In this document: piece by piece, positions 39,258-53,000 of the stretch | Position numbering within the stretch: the first letter of the stretch is position 1 | How the letters are laid out: each line of letters opens with the position of its first letter | Assembly (NCBI GenBank): GCA_000708835.1 | Contig: DF237093.1 | Location: 1-64,000 of the forward strand | Direction: 5' to 3' | DNA length: 64,000 nt | Source of the DNA: Klebsormidium nitens | Taxonomy: Eukaryota; Plantae; Klebsormidiophyceae | Notes under the pieces: model-generated | The model's input: the letters and a program-made list of their open reading frames with translations, nothing else | What the model was told of the DNA's origin: nothing | Database searches by the model: none | Made by a program: the position numbers and the translations under genes

Positions 39258-42200
39258 GTGGGGCCGTATTGAGTTTGTAAAGCTGAGAATGACAATGTTG
39301 AAGGGTTTGTTCTGTAATGTATACGTCTTGCTTAATAGCACAGCCCAGGAGCAGCTGCTGCCCAGCTGCTGACTTGTTGAGCTTGTGAGTAGTGATAAAA
39401 TTCCGTACAAGTTGCTGTAAGTGGTCTAGAAATTTTCACTTAAAACCTTAAGATTGCTTACTATATCATTAGTCTTGTCTTGTGAATATGAGAGTTGGGG
39501 TTGACAAACAATAGATGGACGTGGAAAATTTCGCTGACAAGATACTCTAAGAACATACTTTGAATAGTATATGCACAGTTTCAGATCCTCTATATCTGCC
39601 CAATCTTCTTTCCCATACACTCCTGTCGGCTTGATTGAATGCTGGCTCCTTCCCGGACGCTGATCAGCACGCGGATTGCAAGGGCAGTGTGGATCTGGAC
39701 CATCAGATTGGAAGAACTTGCGTCTGGGTTGGAGCTTGATGCTTTTGAAGCTCTTGAAAGTTGGTTCAAATGTATGATGAACATTTGACTGTCTGTCATT
39801 ATGGAGGCATGAATCCTAAGTGATTCCATGTGATAACCCGTCGTGCATGGCCCACTCTGTTGAAATTCCAGGCATGGGCTGCAGCTACTTCTGCGCTATC
39901 CTAAACACACAATTGGTTCGTGTGCTCACAAGGACCACTGTCTGAGGGGTGCATATGGTGGGCTGTAATGCATGGGGAATGATTGGCATGTGATCCATCT
40001 CGACGACAGTAAATCAATTTCGATAGCAAGCACTGCACGATCATGCAGCCCAGTGGGCTTGAATGAATAATGCATCGTAACTATCAAACAACTTCGAGAT
40101 CAACTTGTGGAGCAAGGCGACCGAGCTAGGAGCAGCAGTGAAGAGATAGAATCAGTCGAAGTGAGAGCTATCTTGCACAAAGGACCTTGGAAGGTAGAGA
40201 GCAAATCCATGACAGTGCACGAGTCCAATGATTCTCGTGCCAAAATTATTGAAATTCCCCTGATTCAGTGCAGGCCGAGGAGCGCAGCCGGATGCGCCTC
40301 TGCGCATCTTGACCTCACGAGCCTCGATCAACGTTATCAATACAAAGTAGTTTATGTGCGGGCTCTGTCAAAGGAGACCAGTGGCTTAGCGATCAAATGC
40401 TCGGGTGCCTGGATATCAAATCTGGACAGCTCAGAATTGTCTTTTGACCTTAGACTGCATTTCCTGGGTGTGTACAGTAATATGTATGTGATGTTCCCGA
40501 TTCCTAATTCAGCGCGTCGGCCCCTTCAGACCATCTCCCAAACGTTCTGGTAACATTGCGCGCCGCTCGACGGCGCAACTGGACACACGTGACGAGTTCA
40601 CATGAGTCCGCAGCTCAAGCACGGAGACCTGGAGGTTTCCAGCAAAGTTGCTTTGCTTGGCCCTCGCTTGCTTGCGCCGAGTTCAAACCGGCAGGAGGAG
40701 CCGCTGATTAGACAGAACTCAACACCTTTCAGAAAGCGAAGCAAGCCATCGATCTATCGATCGTGAGCCAGCTGGCACCTTTTCTATGGTACATTCAGCA
40801 GGCCACACTGGCCCCCGTGGCTTTACACATTTTCGAATTCAAAAACATTCTCCTTGTGTTTCAGGGCGTTCCGCTTGACCCAACGAATCGCCAGTACTGG
40901 AACTCGTTCTCAAGCCGCTCCAAGCGCAGCGCTGCGTGGCGCGCACCTTTAGAGGGACGTTGGCGCACCGTGTCTTCAATGATGTCGGCGTGCGCGAAGG
41001 CGTGACTCTGGCCGACAGTGACAACGCTCGGTCTGATTGACGTTGGTGTTTTTGCAGGGGGACACTCGGCGGCACCCTGAGAGGAGGCGCTCTCACTGAC
41101 GGTTGTCAGTTGGATAAGGGGCCCCTTGCACGCGCGCAAAAAGGTGGAGGGCTGGTCGTTCGCGGAGCATCATACGGAAATCCGCCCGACTTACGAGGTC
41201 AAAATTGAGATGGACTTCGCAGAAGGCCTGACCTGGGTACTCGGGGAAGAACGGCTTGCCTGTATCCTCAAAACCCTCTAACTTCTTACAGCTAATAGTC
41301 AGTCCCGATTTTGAAAGCGGCCGTGCTTGCGGGCAAGATCTGGATTTTTGCTGGAAACAAGAATCGAGGACCCAACTCGATGAATCAACCTATCTGCTTT
41401 TCTTGTTCGGAGCCGCTCTTAATTATCGACGCTATCAAGAGGTTCAATTTGGTTGTGAAGACATATTCAGCCCCGAACTGACTGAGCGGACTTCTAAGAT
41501 ACCGGTCTACGTGAGCTCCTTGAAAAACTGAATTAGAAGACAGCCGCCCAGCTTAATTACGGGACCGCTTTGGAAGGAAAACCCGACTTGTTAACACCGT
41601 GCCCATTCTCCTTCTTCAAAGCAACTCCTTCCGGCTTTGAAGGACATCCACCACACCTAGACGGCTGCAGAAACGCAGAGCCGACAACTACGATAATCCA
41701 TTAGTTGGATGAGGACTTTCTATGGTCAAGCTTACAACCCCCACCTGATTTACCTGAAAGCACATCAGAGCGGTTCAAAAGTTCATCACGTCTTGTGCAG
41801 TCGCGTTCTCACCAAGCCGCTCAGTTCCGCTTGTAGATCGGGGAGAAGTCTCTGGGGTCCGGGGCGGCCAGCACCAGCTTTCCCTGACGACTTCCCTTGG
41901 AATCTTGCACCGGGCCATGCGAAGAAGCGCAGCTCGTTCGCTTGAATTGCGCGCGAGCACGTGCACTTCTTCAGTTGCAGAAGATCAGCAAGTCCTGCAG
42001 GAAATCAGAGACCTGATGGGCAGCTCACATCGCTTGACCCTCGTTCCCTTCGTATGGTCCACAAACCTGCGAAGCAATTCTTTTTGTGATTCCGGGGTTT
42101 CAGTGACGCATTACAGGGAGTTGTGTAGGCTCTCAAAATACCGCTCTCAGCTCTGGGCGACTTCACCGTGCAAGTTGGAGAAGAAAAGGGAATAAGGTCA

Positions 42201-43574
42201 GGTAACAGATTGCAGATTATCAGGTCATGTCTATTCCACTCTCGATGCTTGCGGCCTCAGGAATTCTTCATACTAAGGCGTGCGGCGTGTCAGAAACTTT
42301 GCCAACAGATTGTACAAGTTCATTTGGCATGTTATGAAGCAGCCTTTTGGAATTACAGGGGTCGACAAGCACAGAAACAAGGTAGATTGAGATGTCGAAG
42401 CTCGTTCCTGTCTTGACCGAATTTGGTTCTGCAGTAGACCAGATTGAAATGGTAGCAAGCAATCAAGCAGAGTGGAGTCATTGATTATATTCATCAGAGA
42501 TTCTTAGATTGAGTCATGTACCGTCAATTGGAAAAGCTCGGAAGCTCGCTGCGCCTCTAAAAGCACAGACCTTCGAGCATGGCGCATCACAGGTCCTGTT
42601 CAAGTTGTACGAATAACCCTTCAATCATACATGGCTTGCAGATGCATTTACTCAAAGAAAACAGCATAATGACTCATCGATTGGAAGATGAACTCACTTC
42701 GTTTAGCTGACATTTGAGTTAAACCCTCGAACCTGTTTGAGTAGATGTTGCTTACTGGTTTGCCAGCTTAGGGAGCAAGAGCGGCATCTGATGTCCACCA
42801 GTACTGAACCACTCTTGGAGGGCTGGCCTCTTTTGGGGACTGGCCTCCAGTGCGAAAATGACTTGTACTTGGAAGCGCGGGCCCGAGATAGAGCGGCTTC
42901 AGGAACAATGGCTCTACATAAAGCGCTTGACCGTATGAAACTGAATGCGACCGCCGATCTGACGTGGTTCTGATACCTGAACTAATGGAACTGCAGGGAG
43001 GCGAGAACGGGGGCCGGGGTCAAGGTGTTCAATGTCGAAGGCCGGTCGGAATCCTCGTTGCATCAATCTGCTGCGCTTGTTTGTGAACTCTGGTACGTAA
43101 TTCGTTGCCTTCAACGGACGGGCTTTCTGAGAAGGTTAGAAAGTATAACCTACAGGACTAGAGGACCATCCAAAATCTAAAAAGTCAGTTCCCGGGTCAG
43201 ATGGGGGTCAGATTTGTTATTTTCCCTGGTGAGTGGAGGAGGGCGCCTCGGGGGCGCCTCCCCCCGGGCCTCCCTAGTGGGCGCTCATACAGTGAGGTGA
43301 GCAGGTGCAGGTCGGATGCACGCACGGCCGCGACTTTTGTTTGAACTTGAAACTGTCAAGCTTAAACATCTGAACGTACAGTTAGAAGTGAAGGCGGCTG
43401 GCCGCTGCATGCGTGGCCGGCGCCCGGCCGGCCGCGCAAGGTTACGTCCGCGGCGGCCGTATTGCGCCGCCTAGTGGGAGGGGTTGGGGTTTGAATTTTC
43501 AGACCGCCGTACGCGGGCCCGCCTGGCCGCCTGCTCGCGACTAGTGCGCGCATTTGTCCAGGGGTGCTTCGGTT

Positions 43575-43582
43575 TAGGGTTT
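43575..43582 (-). promoter_or_regulatory. Telo-box (AAACCCTA) upstream of the zinc-finger/acyltransferase gene
   Basis: TAGGGTTT on the plus strand about 210 bp before ATG 43789, at the edge of a GC-rich block. Confidence 0.45.
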
Positions 43583-43788
43583 GCTCATCATTCATCATTC
43601 ATGCTTCGCCTCTGATATCTAGCTGAGCGTGAACAGGGGCGCTTCCAACACCTAGCAGGGCGCTTTTGATATGCATCTTTCCAGCGCTTGTGAACATCCG
43701 TCTTTGATTGACACTGCCAGACGAGGATTTTGTTCATGAAGCTGTTTAGACGGGATTATTGGATTGTCGTTGAGCACTGACGGAAGGA

Positions 43789-46290
43789 ATGGTGCAGCTG
43801 GGGAAGTGTTTACGAGTCAAAGGAGTTGGCAAGTGAGTTTCTATTTTCTTCGCTCGTGATGAGATCCTCCATTCTGCATGTTACAGAGCAGCTTGCAACC
43901 AATCCATTGAGATGCTTTGAGAGCATGGTAGGTGTTTACTGAAGGCCTTGTTGGAAAGGACTGCAGATCTGCATCACTAACGAGGTTGGCATATTTGCCA
44001 CGGTTTGTGCTAAGAGGATTGTGTCATTGATTTGGGTAGCCTCTCACAAACTTTGGGGGCAAGGCAACTCCTTCCATCAGTTCTGTGATCTATGGCTTGT
44101 TTAACAAGGACACTGACAATATACAAATGTTTTCATGATGCAGCGGCGTAACCAGTATTGATGGCTGTCAGGTAAGCGATTAGCAGCGGGTATGGCTCTT
44201 ATTTTTACTCTTCAAAGCTAATGCACAGGCAGCATTGGGTATCGTCAGCTTTCTAAGTGAAACTGGTCAGAGTGTTCCCCAAGTTCTACATTCAGTCCGC
44301 TTATGGTCAAAGCACCTTGAGCCAGGTTCTCGAACAGAGCACTTTGAATGGGCTCTTCTAACGTAGGTCTGGTTCTTTTTACAGACATGCTCAGGAACTG
44401 GGGCCCATCTGTTTCTCGTGTCCGCAGGCGTTCTCCCCCAGGCCCAAGAAACCCGAAAAGTGTGCGGCCTGCGGCTGCCATGCCTCCTTTCACCAACGCC
44501 TCGACGGGTCAGGCGCATACACTAGTGCAGATGCAGGGGCCGGTGTGCCTGGACCGGTAGCTGCCAGCAGCCAACCCCCTGAGTTGGCCATACTTCCAAA
44601 GCGAGGGCAGGTCTCCGCAAGGGGAGTCGCTCGCGGTGGCGCACGGAAACAAAGGAGCGCTCGGGTGCCGAAGACAGGGGGCGTGAGAGCAGAGAAGGCA
44701 GGGGCGGAAGTGGAGAAAGCAGGCGGGGGGGATGCGGAGAAGCCTGCAGCTGCGAACCGACCAAAGCGGGGACCTGGGTCGAGGGGGGGTAAGGTAGTGG
44801 TTCGAGGTGCCGGAAGAGGCCGGAAGTCTAAACAGCTCGTGAAGGCGGATGGAGGAGCTTCCGGAGGGAAGTCCGCCGAAAGCGTCGTTGTTGAAGAGTT
44901 TCGGAGAGGGTCTAAGATTGGCGAACAACTGCTCCGGAAGGTAACTTCTGTTAAGGGGCCCGCTTCGAAGAAGATGGAAGGAGATGCGTACATGGGCCCT
45001 GGATCCAGGATGTTGACGATTTCCCGGAAGGCTGCACGGCTGGGGCTGACGGTGGACCACGTGGCCCCCAAGGTCGGGAAGGGCGAGGTCGACGAGTTCA
45101 CAATAACCGAAGCGGCGGCAAAGCTGGGGATGAATCTCGATGTCAGGATCCCGGGCGAAGAGAATGCGACGTCGCTGCAGAGAGCCAGGACGATCGCCGC
45201 AAAAGCAAAGGGGCTTGGGTTGGTTTTGCCGGAGAAACCGACTGAGGAAGGCGGAGTCGGGACTGCTGTGCCTGGGTTCGCAAAGGCAAGTGCGGCTATG
45301 TCTGGAAGTATCGTGGTCGGGACGGGCATTGTAGATCTGACAGCTGAGGGGGAGGCGCAGGGGGCAGGGACGAAGAGGAGAGCGGCTGAGGAGATTGCAG
45401 GGGATGAGAAGAAGGCTCGGCCAAACTTTGGGGGGCGAGTAGAGGCTTGGATGAAGGCTGCGTTGCAGAAGTCGTGGGAGCAGGAGGGGGGTAGTGCACA
45501 GCAGAGCGGGGAGGAGGGGGAAGCGGGGTCTTCTGCGGACTCGATGGATGCCCTAGGTCAGGAAGGCATGGGGCGTGGAGATGCGGACTTGGGGGTGGGG
45601 CTAAGCGGCCTGGTAGTCGGGCAGGTGGGGGTACGAACTGCGGGCAAGGCGGGTGCGGCCGTGACGGAACCCAAGAAGTTTGGGGACGGAATCCTCTTTG
45701 CGCGCAAGACCCTGGCCGACCTTCTAAGCGAGAAGGCATGGCTGGAGAAGGACTTGGCGTTCCAGGAAGTGGACTTTCAAAACAAGCACCTGTTCTTCCT
45801 GCGCTCGAAGCTGACTGCCAAAGGCGTCATTGACATGTACGACGCGCGGTTGTCGACCAGGATAGTGGTGGCGTATCTGGGCGGGCATGAAAAGGATCTG
45901 GCGGCAGTCAAGCAGCCGGTGGGCACGGTGCGTGTTGTTACGCAGAGGCCTTTCCCTTGCGAAAAGAAGCCTCTTGTGGCCGAGTGGATTGAGAGCAAAA
46001 ACGGGTCCAACGTCGCGGAGGTTAGTCATCTGCTTGCACTTCAAGAGTATCGAAACGGGTCAGTGTCAGTCCCGTTGTTGGCTTACGCATACATGCGCAT
46101 ATTGAAACCGGCAGATGTCAAGTACGTTGTCATAGTGACCCAGCAAAAGTTGGTGGAGCGGTATCTCATGAAGCACTTCCTGTTTCTAGGCTTTGAGTTC
46201 ATCGAGCAGACAGGGAACGGAGAGTGTGTGCTGGCACTAGATCTGGAGAAGGCGGTGGGGTTGCTGTATGGGCCATGGAGGTTTACCTGA
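43789..46290 (+). CDS. Fusion protein (~644 aa): ZF-HD-dimer-like zinc finger, basic disordered linker, LuxI/FeeM-like GNAT acyltransferase domain
   Basis: Exons 43789-43832, 44144-44171 and 44428-46290 splice in frame (GT-AG) to give MVQLGKCLRVKGVGNGVTSIDGCQAFSPRPKKPEKCAACGCHASFHQR. The C-terminal domain has DMYD, VGTVRVV, PFPCE, AEVSHL..YR and FLGF. Confidence 0.75.
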
Positions 46291-46519
46291 CTTGTACAGT
46301 AGGAGGCTCCTAGAAGGTTCCTCCACATTGGATAAGGAGAGAGACAATTTTTGAGTCACAGTCAAAAGACATTGAAACTTCATCGAATAGATGTCAACGA
46401 CGGTTGTTGCTGTTTCGAGCTTTAGCTATTCATATGTAACCGGTCGCGAAGATTTTCTGGTCTGCCGTTTACAATGGTGCCATGCTCAGGATGGAGTGAA
46501 ACGGTCCCTCTCGTGATAT

Positions 46520-46738
46520 NNNNNNNNNNNNNNNNNNNNNNNNNNNNNNNNNNNNNNNNNNNNNNNNNNNNNNNNNNNNNNNNNNNNNNNNNNNNNNNNN
46601 NNNNNNNNNNNNNNNNNNNNNNNNNNNNNNNNNNNNNNNNNNNNNNNNNNNNNNNNNNNNNNNNNNNNNNNNNNNNNNNNNNNNNNNNNNNNNNNNNNNN
46701 NNNNNNNNNNNNNNNNNNNNNNNNNNNNNNNNNNNNNN
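46520..46738. other. Assembly gap (219 N)
   Basis: Run of N. Confidence 0.99.
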
Positions 46739-47476
46739 ACTCTCGTGATCATGCCATACTGCAAGGCCTCTGGCTACTATTGGTCTTCTCTGTGCAACTC
46801 GAGACACATGCATCATTGCAACCATCCTACAAACAATGCAAGTTTGTTGTGTCATACACTACAAGTCATCTAAAAGTGCACAACTCTGTAACCATTAAGT
46901 TCGGACCGTAGAGCTGTCTTTGGGCGCGGTCAGCCGCCTTGTGCAAGATGGGGCTGCCTGCACTCATGGCTGACAATTAATTGCACCACACATGATATGC
47001 ATCATTAAGTCACATGGTATAAGAGCCCGCATGGCATGCATTGCAATCTTACATACCCAATTGGCCTCCATAAGCGAGCCAACTATACTCATGTCACCCA
47101 TGAGCTGGGTCATGCCAGGTATGCATCATCCCAAATTGCAGGCCTCCGCCATCGCGGCCATGCAAATCCTCAACATGTAGACCGCAAACCTTGAGCACGT
47201 ACTGCGCAGTATCTTGCAATGATACTGCATTATGAAACGCTTGAAACACATGGAGCGGTTGCAGCTCAACATAGAAAGCATGCTGGGCCATGTGCGAAGC
47301 AAACAAGCTGATAAGCAACACGAGCAGACAAATTGGAAGGTTATCCATGAGGGAACACAACGAACGCCATGCAAGAACATGCTGGTTGGCTGTGTGTCGA
47401 GCTGAAGCAAACAACTTTACAATACGACATCAACACAAGCTGACTTCATGTGGAAAAGCTGTAATCTCCAGCGAGT

Positions 47477-49278
<1,802 letters not shown>

Positions 49279-49980
49279 GGCTTCCCAGCCACTGGCTACG
49301 AATCTGACCGCCTGCTTAGGACTTTGTCCCTCCTCGAAGGCGGCCGCTCTACAGCCTGCCGCGGCAAAGAAAGAGGGCAAATCAAGGAGCTTCCAAGCCT
49401 TTTCAAGCAGCCCCGAGCTCCAGTCAAGCAGCTAGTGTGAATTGGTACCAATATTTTGATCGAGGGTTGGAACTTGAAATAAGTTTCTCGAAGTTTAACA
49501 GCGGGCATCATCGACGGATCAGAATTGCGCAGCCTCCCACATGAAGCAAGTCAGTACCACCGGGTCCCACCCAGTCCACCTGGATTGCGCAGACTGCTCG
49601 CTACCGTATCTAGGATAGGTCCTAGAGCTCTATGAGTCTATCCTTGTCTAGGGAGTCAGGGAAGACTGCAGTCTGTAGACGGGACGTGGTGTGGGCGGCC
49701 AGGACGGCTTCAGCTCCTCGGAGTCCAAGCAAGGACGCCCTGTATCAAGACGTTCAAAACTGCATCCTTATCCTGCGTCTGCACAGCTCTAGGATTGTCA
49801 TTGTTCCAGGCATATAAAGCAAGCTCGAAAGTACCTACGTTGCTGAAGGGAGGTGCTGAAGGCAGGTGCTGTTTCTGTTGACGTTCCTTACAAGTACGGC
49901 CTTCTCCACCTTCTGAACAACAGGTGTTCAAGCAGTTCCTTTGTGTGCGTTGAAGTTCCTAGGTAAACTACCTGTAGGTT

Positions 49981-49988
49981 TAGGGTTT
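49981..49988 (-). promoter_or_regulatory. Telo-box in the RPS27A/SCE1 divergent promoter
   Basis: TAGGGTTT at 49981-49988. Telo-boxes are established elements of plant ribosomal-protein promoters. Another copy lies at 48893-48900 in an RPS27A intron. Confidence 0.55.
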
Positions 49989-50029
49989 TCCAAGCAGGTT
50001 CCTAGCAGTACTTTCACCTTGGATGTAAG

Positions 50030-53000
50030 ATGTCGGGCATCGCGCGGGGGCGATTAGCCGAGGAGAGGAAAGTCTGGAGAAAGAATCACCCTCATGTGAG
50101 TGCCCCAAGATTCAAACCAGGCCGCGGTAATCAAGCTCACTTCTGTTGCATTGCTCACTTACTTTGAGTATCTGTTGCAGTGTTTCAGCAGATTGTTGTT
50201 GGAAGCTGCGGTTTTATCAAGCCGGCAAACAGAGGCTTGCAATATTTACCCTCAGTTTTGTGCTTCATTGGCTCCTCGCTAGCACCAGGGACCTGAAGGA
50301 AGAAGTGGTCCTATGCTTTTCTGGACATGGCCTGCACACTGCTGTTTGTATTCAAGTGGGGCTCTGTTTGGAGAGGATTTGTGTTTGATGAAGCTTGCTG
50401 CAATTCAGTTTGGTTGTCTTGTCGGGTTTTCTATTCATTGTCTCTCCATGAGGTGCTGCTCTATAGTTGCCAGAAATAGGTGCTGTCATGTCAGCCGCGA
50501 AGCTGCGGTTCGAAGATTGACATGTGGGACTGCACTTCCCACAGATAAAGTTGATACTTTACAAGCCCGCCTTGAACAGTTCAGCTTGTGCTGGAAGCAG
50601 ACTTCAAGGTCTTTCTTTCACTTCGACGGAATCCAAGTGCATGTTTCTGGACATGCCTTTCTTATGTTTTGTAGCCCCTTTCTGTTTCCCATTGACATAG
50701 GGAGATTAGTGGTTGTATCTGGTAAAATCAGGTTGAGTGGATCTGAAAGAATCTAAGTAGACTTAATTGTGACGCTATGCTATCATAGCCTATAGCCCCT
50801 TCCTAATACCTGTCAAACCTCAAACTTTGGATTACATGGCTACTTGTCGGGAATCTGAACATTGAAAACTCACTTATTTGCTCTTGCAGGGTTTTGTTGC
50901 CCGACCAGAGACCACCTCCGATGGGACGTTGAACCTTATGACGTGGCACTGCAGCATACCGGGCAAGAAGGATGTGAGCTGCGGGAAGCCCCTTCCTTGA
51001 TGCTGTTCCACCAACTGCATCTGTTTCTTTGGCACTCCGACCCAGTCCTTGCTAAGAGTCCAAGTGATCATAAGCCTGGTATATGTCTTTGTTAACTCAG
51101 GACATACAAGGCATATGCTACCACTTCCTCATGGTGGTGTTACGCTCTGCAGACGGACTGGGATGGGGGTTTCTATCCCCTCACGATGCTGTTCAGCGAG
51201 GACTATCCGAGCAAGCCGCCGAAGTGCAAGTTCCCAGTAGGCTTCTTCCATGTAAGCTGCGAAAATTTTACTCTGTCCCTCTGGCTCACTTTGTGTCACG
51301 GTTTCTTCTTATCACATCATTCAATGGTACTGACCGTAACTCAATGTGTACTCCATGCCTCGTTTCCGTCGGCTGAGTTGCGGATGCTTCTCATGGCGTT
51401 GGCGTAGTGCAATTGAGTCATCTTGAGGCGGTGGTGCTTTGATCTGAGTACTCATTCCCACCTGTAATGGCCGTGTGCTTTCTCAATTTCGATATGCTCA
51501 GTCAACATGTCCATTTCCAAATGTCCAGTCCCGTAATTGATCTATCTGGCCCTACCTATTCGAGTCGATTTGTTTGTTGAAGTTATGATGAGTTCGGGCC
51601 TAAGGTCTGCATTCAGATATTCCGCTATGAAAGGAGTGTTGTTGAGCGGTATCTTGAAGGCCGCTCCAGATGTCTCCCGACATCAGGCATCTAAAAGTGG
51701 TCGACGTAGGTCTGGACGAATGCAATTTCGGACTGGCAAGAGATTTATGGGGTTTTGGAAGGCCTTTTCGATTCTTAGACGTAGAAGACTGCACAGTGTG
51801 GCAGACTGCGGATTGGGACCTAGCCGTCAGAGCTCCAAATCTTGATTGGTGCGGGAAAGCGGCATCGCGGCTTGCAGCGATAATCCTGTCACTCGAGTAC
51901 CAAACTCCGCAGACTGCGAAACTAGAAGTCTACTGGGTCCGGAATCCAACAAGGCCTTCCGAGATGATGTAGATTTCTCGCCTGTTCGAAAATAGATTTG
52001 TCCAAAATAAGTTCGATAACCATTACCTGATGACACTTGAAGAGACGGCATTACGGGGTAGCCCAGTTTTTTAACTTCCAACCTGAGCTTGACTCGGTCA
52101 GCTCTGTCAGCAAGCAATTAGTTTGCGAGGACCTTTGTGAACCTGTCCGATTTGGAAGCTGTTTGGGATCTGCAAGCATTGCAAGTCGGTATCGTGTCGC
52201 TGTTCGTTTCTCGTCTCATGCCATCTTTAATTAAGTTGTCATTCAAACGGAAAAGTAGCATTGAGCTCTTCCATGTCATTCTGCAGCCGAACATCTACCC
52301 ATCCGGTACCGTTTGCCTGAGCATCCTGAACGAGGATACGGTGAGCTCTCTGAGTTTGTAAGAAATCCTTCTATCCGGCCGAAAACTGGGTAAAATGTTG
52401 GCGCGTTTCAAGGAGTCTGTTCAACGCTTCTTTTAATTCTTTCAAAATCGACGGTTACGTTGAGTACCGCAGCATTCATTCTTACGACGACTGTTGGCTC
52501 ATGACAGCCCGGATCGAAGCGTGATCGAGAATTTGCTCGTCAAATGCCTTCTACTATTGCAGCTTGTCAGGTCCTCGGTCAAAAGTCGAACGTAATGACC
52601 CATAGGTGTGTACCTTTGATGGCCTCTAGAGCGCTTGCAGAAGAAGGCGAGGATTGCAATCGGATCCTTCATATGGTCGTCGAGAGGGCGTTTGATTCTC
52701 ATCTCTTCTAGTCTTAGGACATGCTTTCTTCTCACTCACAGGGCTGGAAGCCGTCCATCACAGTCAAGCAAATCCTGACCGGCATCCAAGAACTTCTTGA
52801 TGCCCCCAACCCTTCGGATCCCGCACAGACGGATGCGTATCAGCTATTTGTACAGGTGAGACACTCTTTTTGTGGGGCACCGAACGTGAATGTGTTGACA
52901 AACTGGGAACGGACCTGCCTCTTGATCTGCCCTGTTTTGATTTTCTGGTTAGTCAGGAAAAAGCACCCGGGACGCTTGGTTTTATGGTGCTGTGTTGGGC

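Noticed and set aside
44490-45329. Long minus-strand ORFs (279 aa and 183 aa), and likewise 63308..63967 and 58686..59318
   Set aside because: They are antisense shadows of GC-rich coding exons with no independent protein motifs.
51585-52090. Intronic C/D-box snoRNAs (ATGATGA at 51585; TGATGA at ~52028 with CTGA at ~52083)
   Set aside because: There is no terminal stem, no matching D box for the first candidate, and no recognisable rRNA-antisense element.
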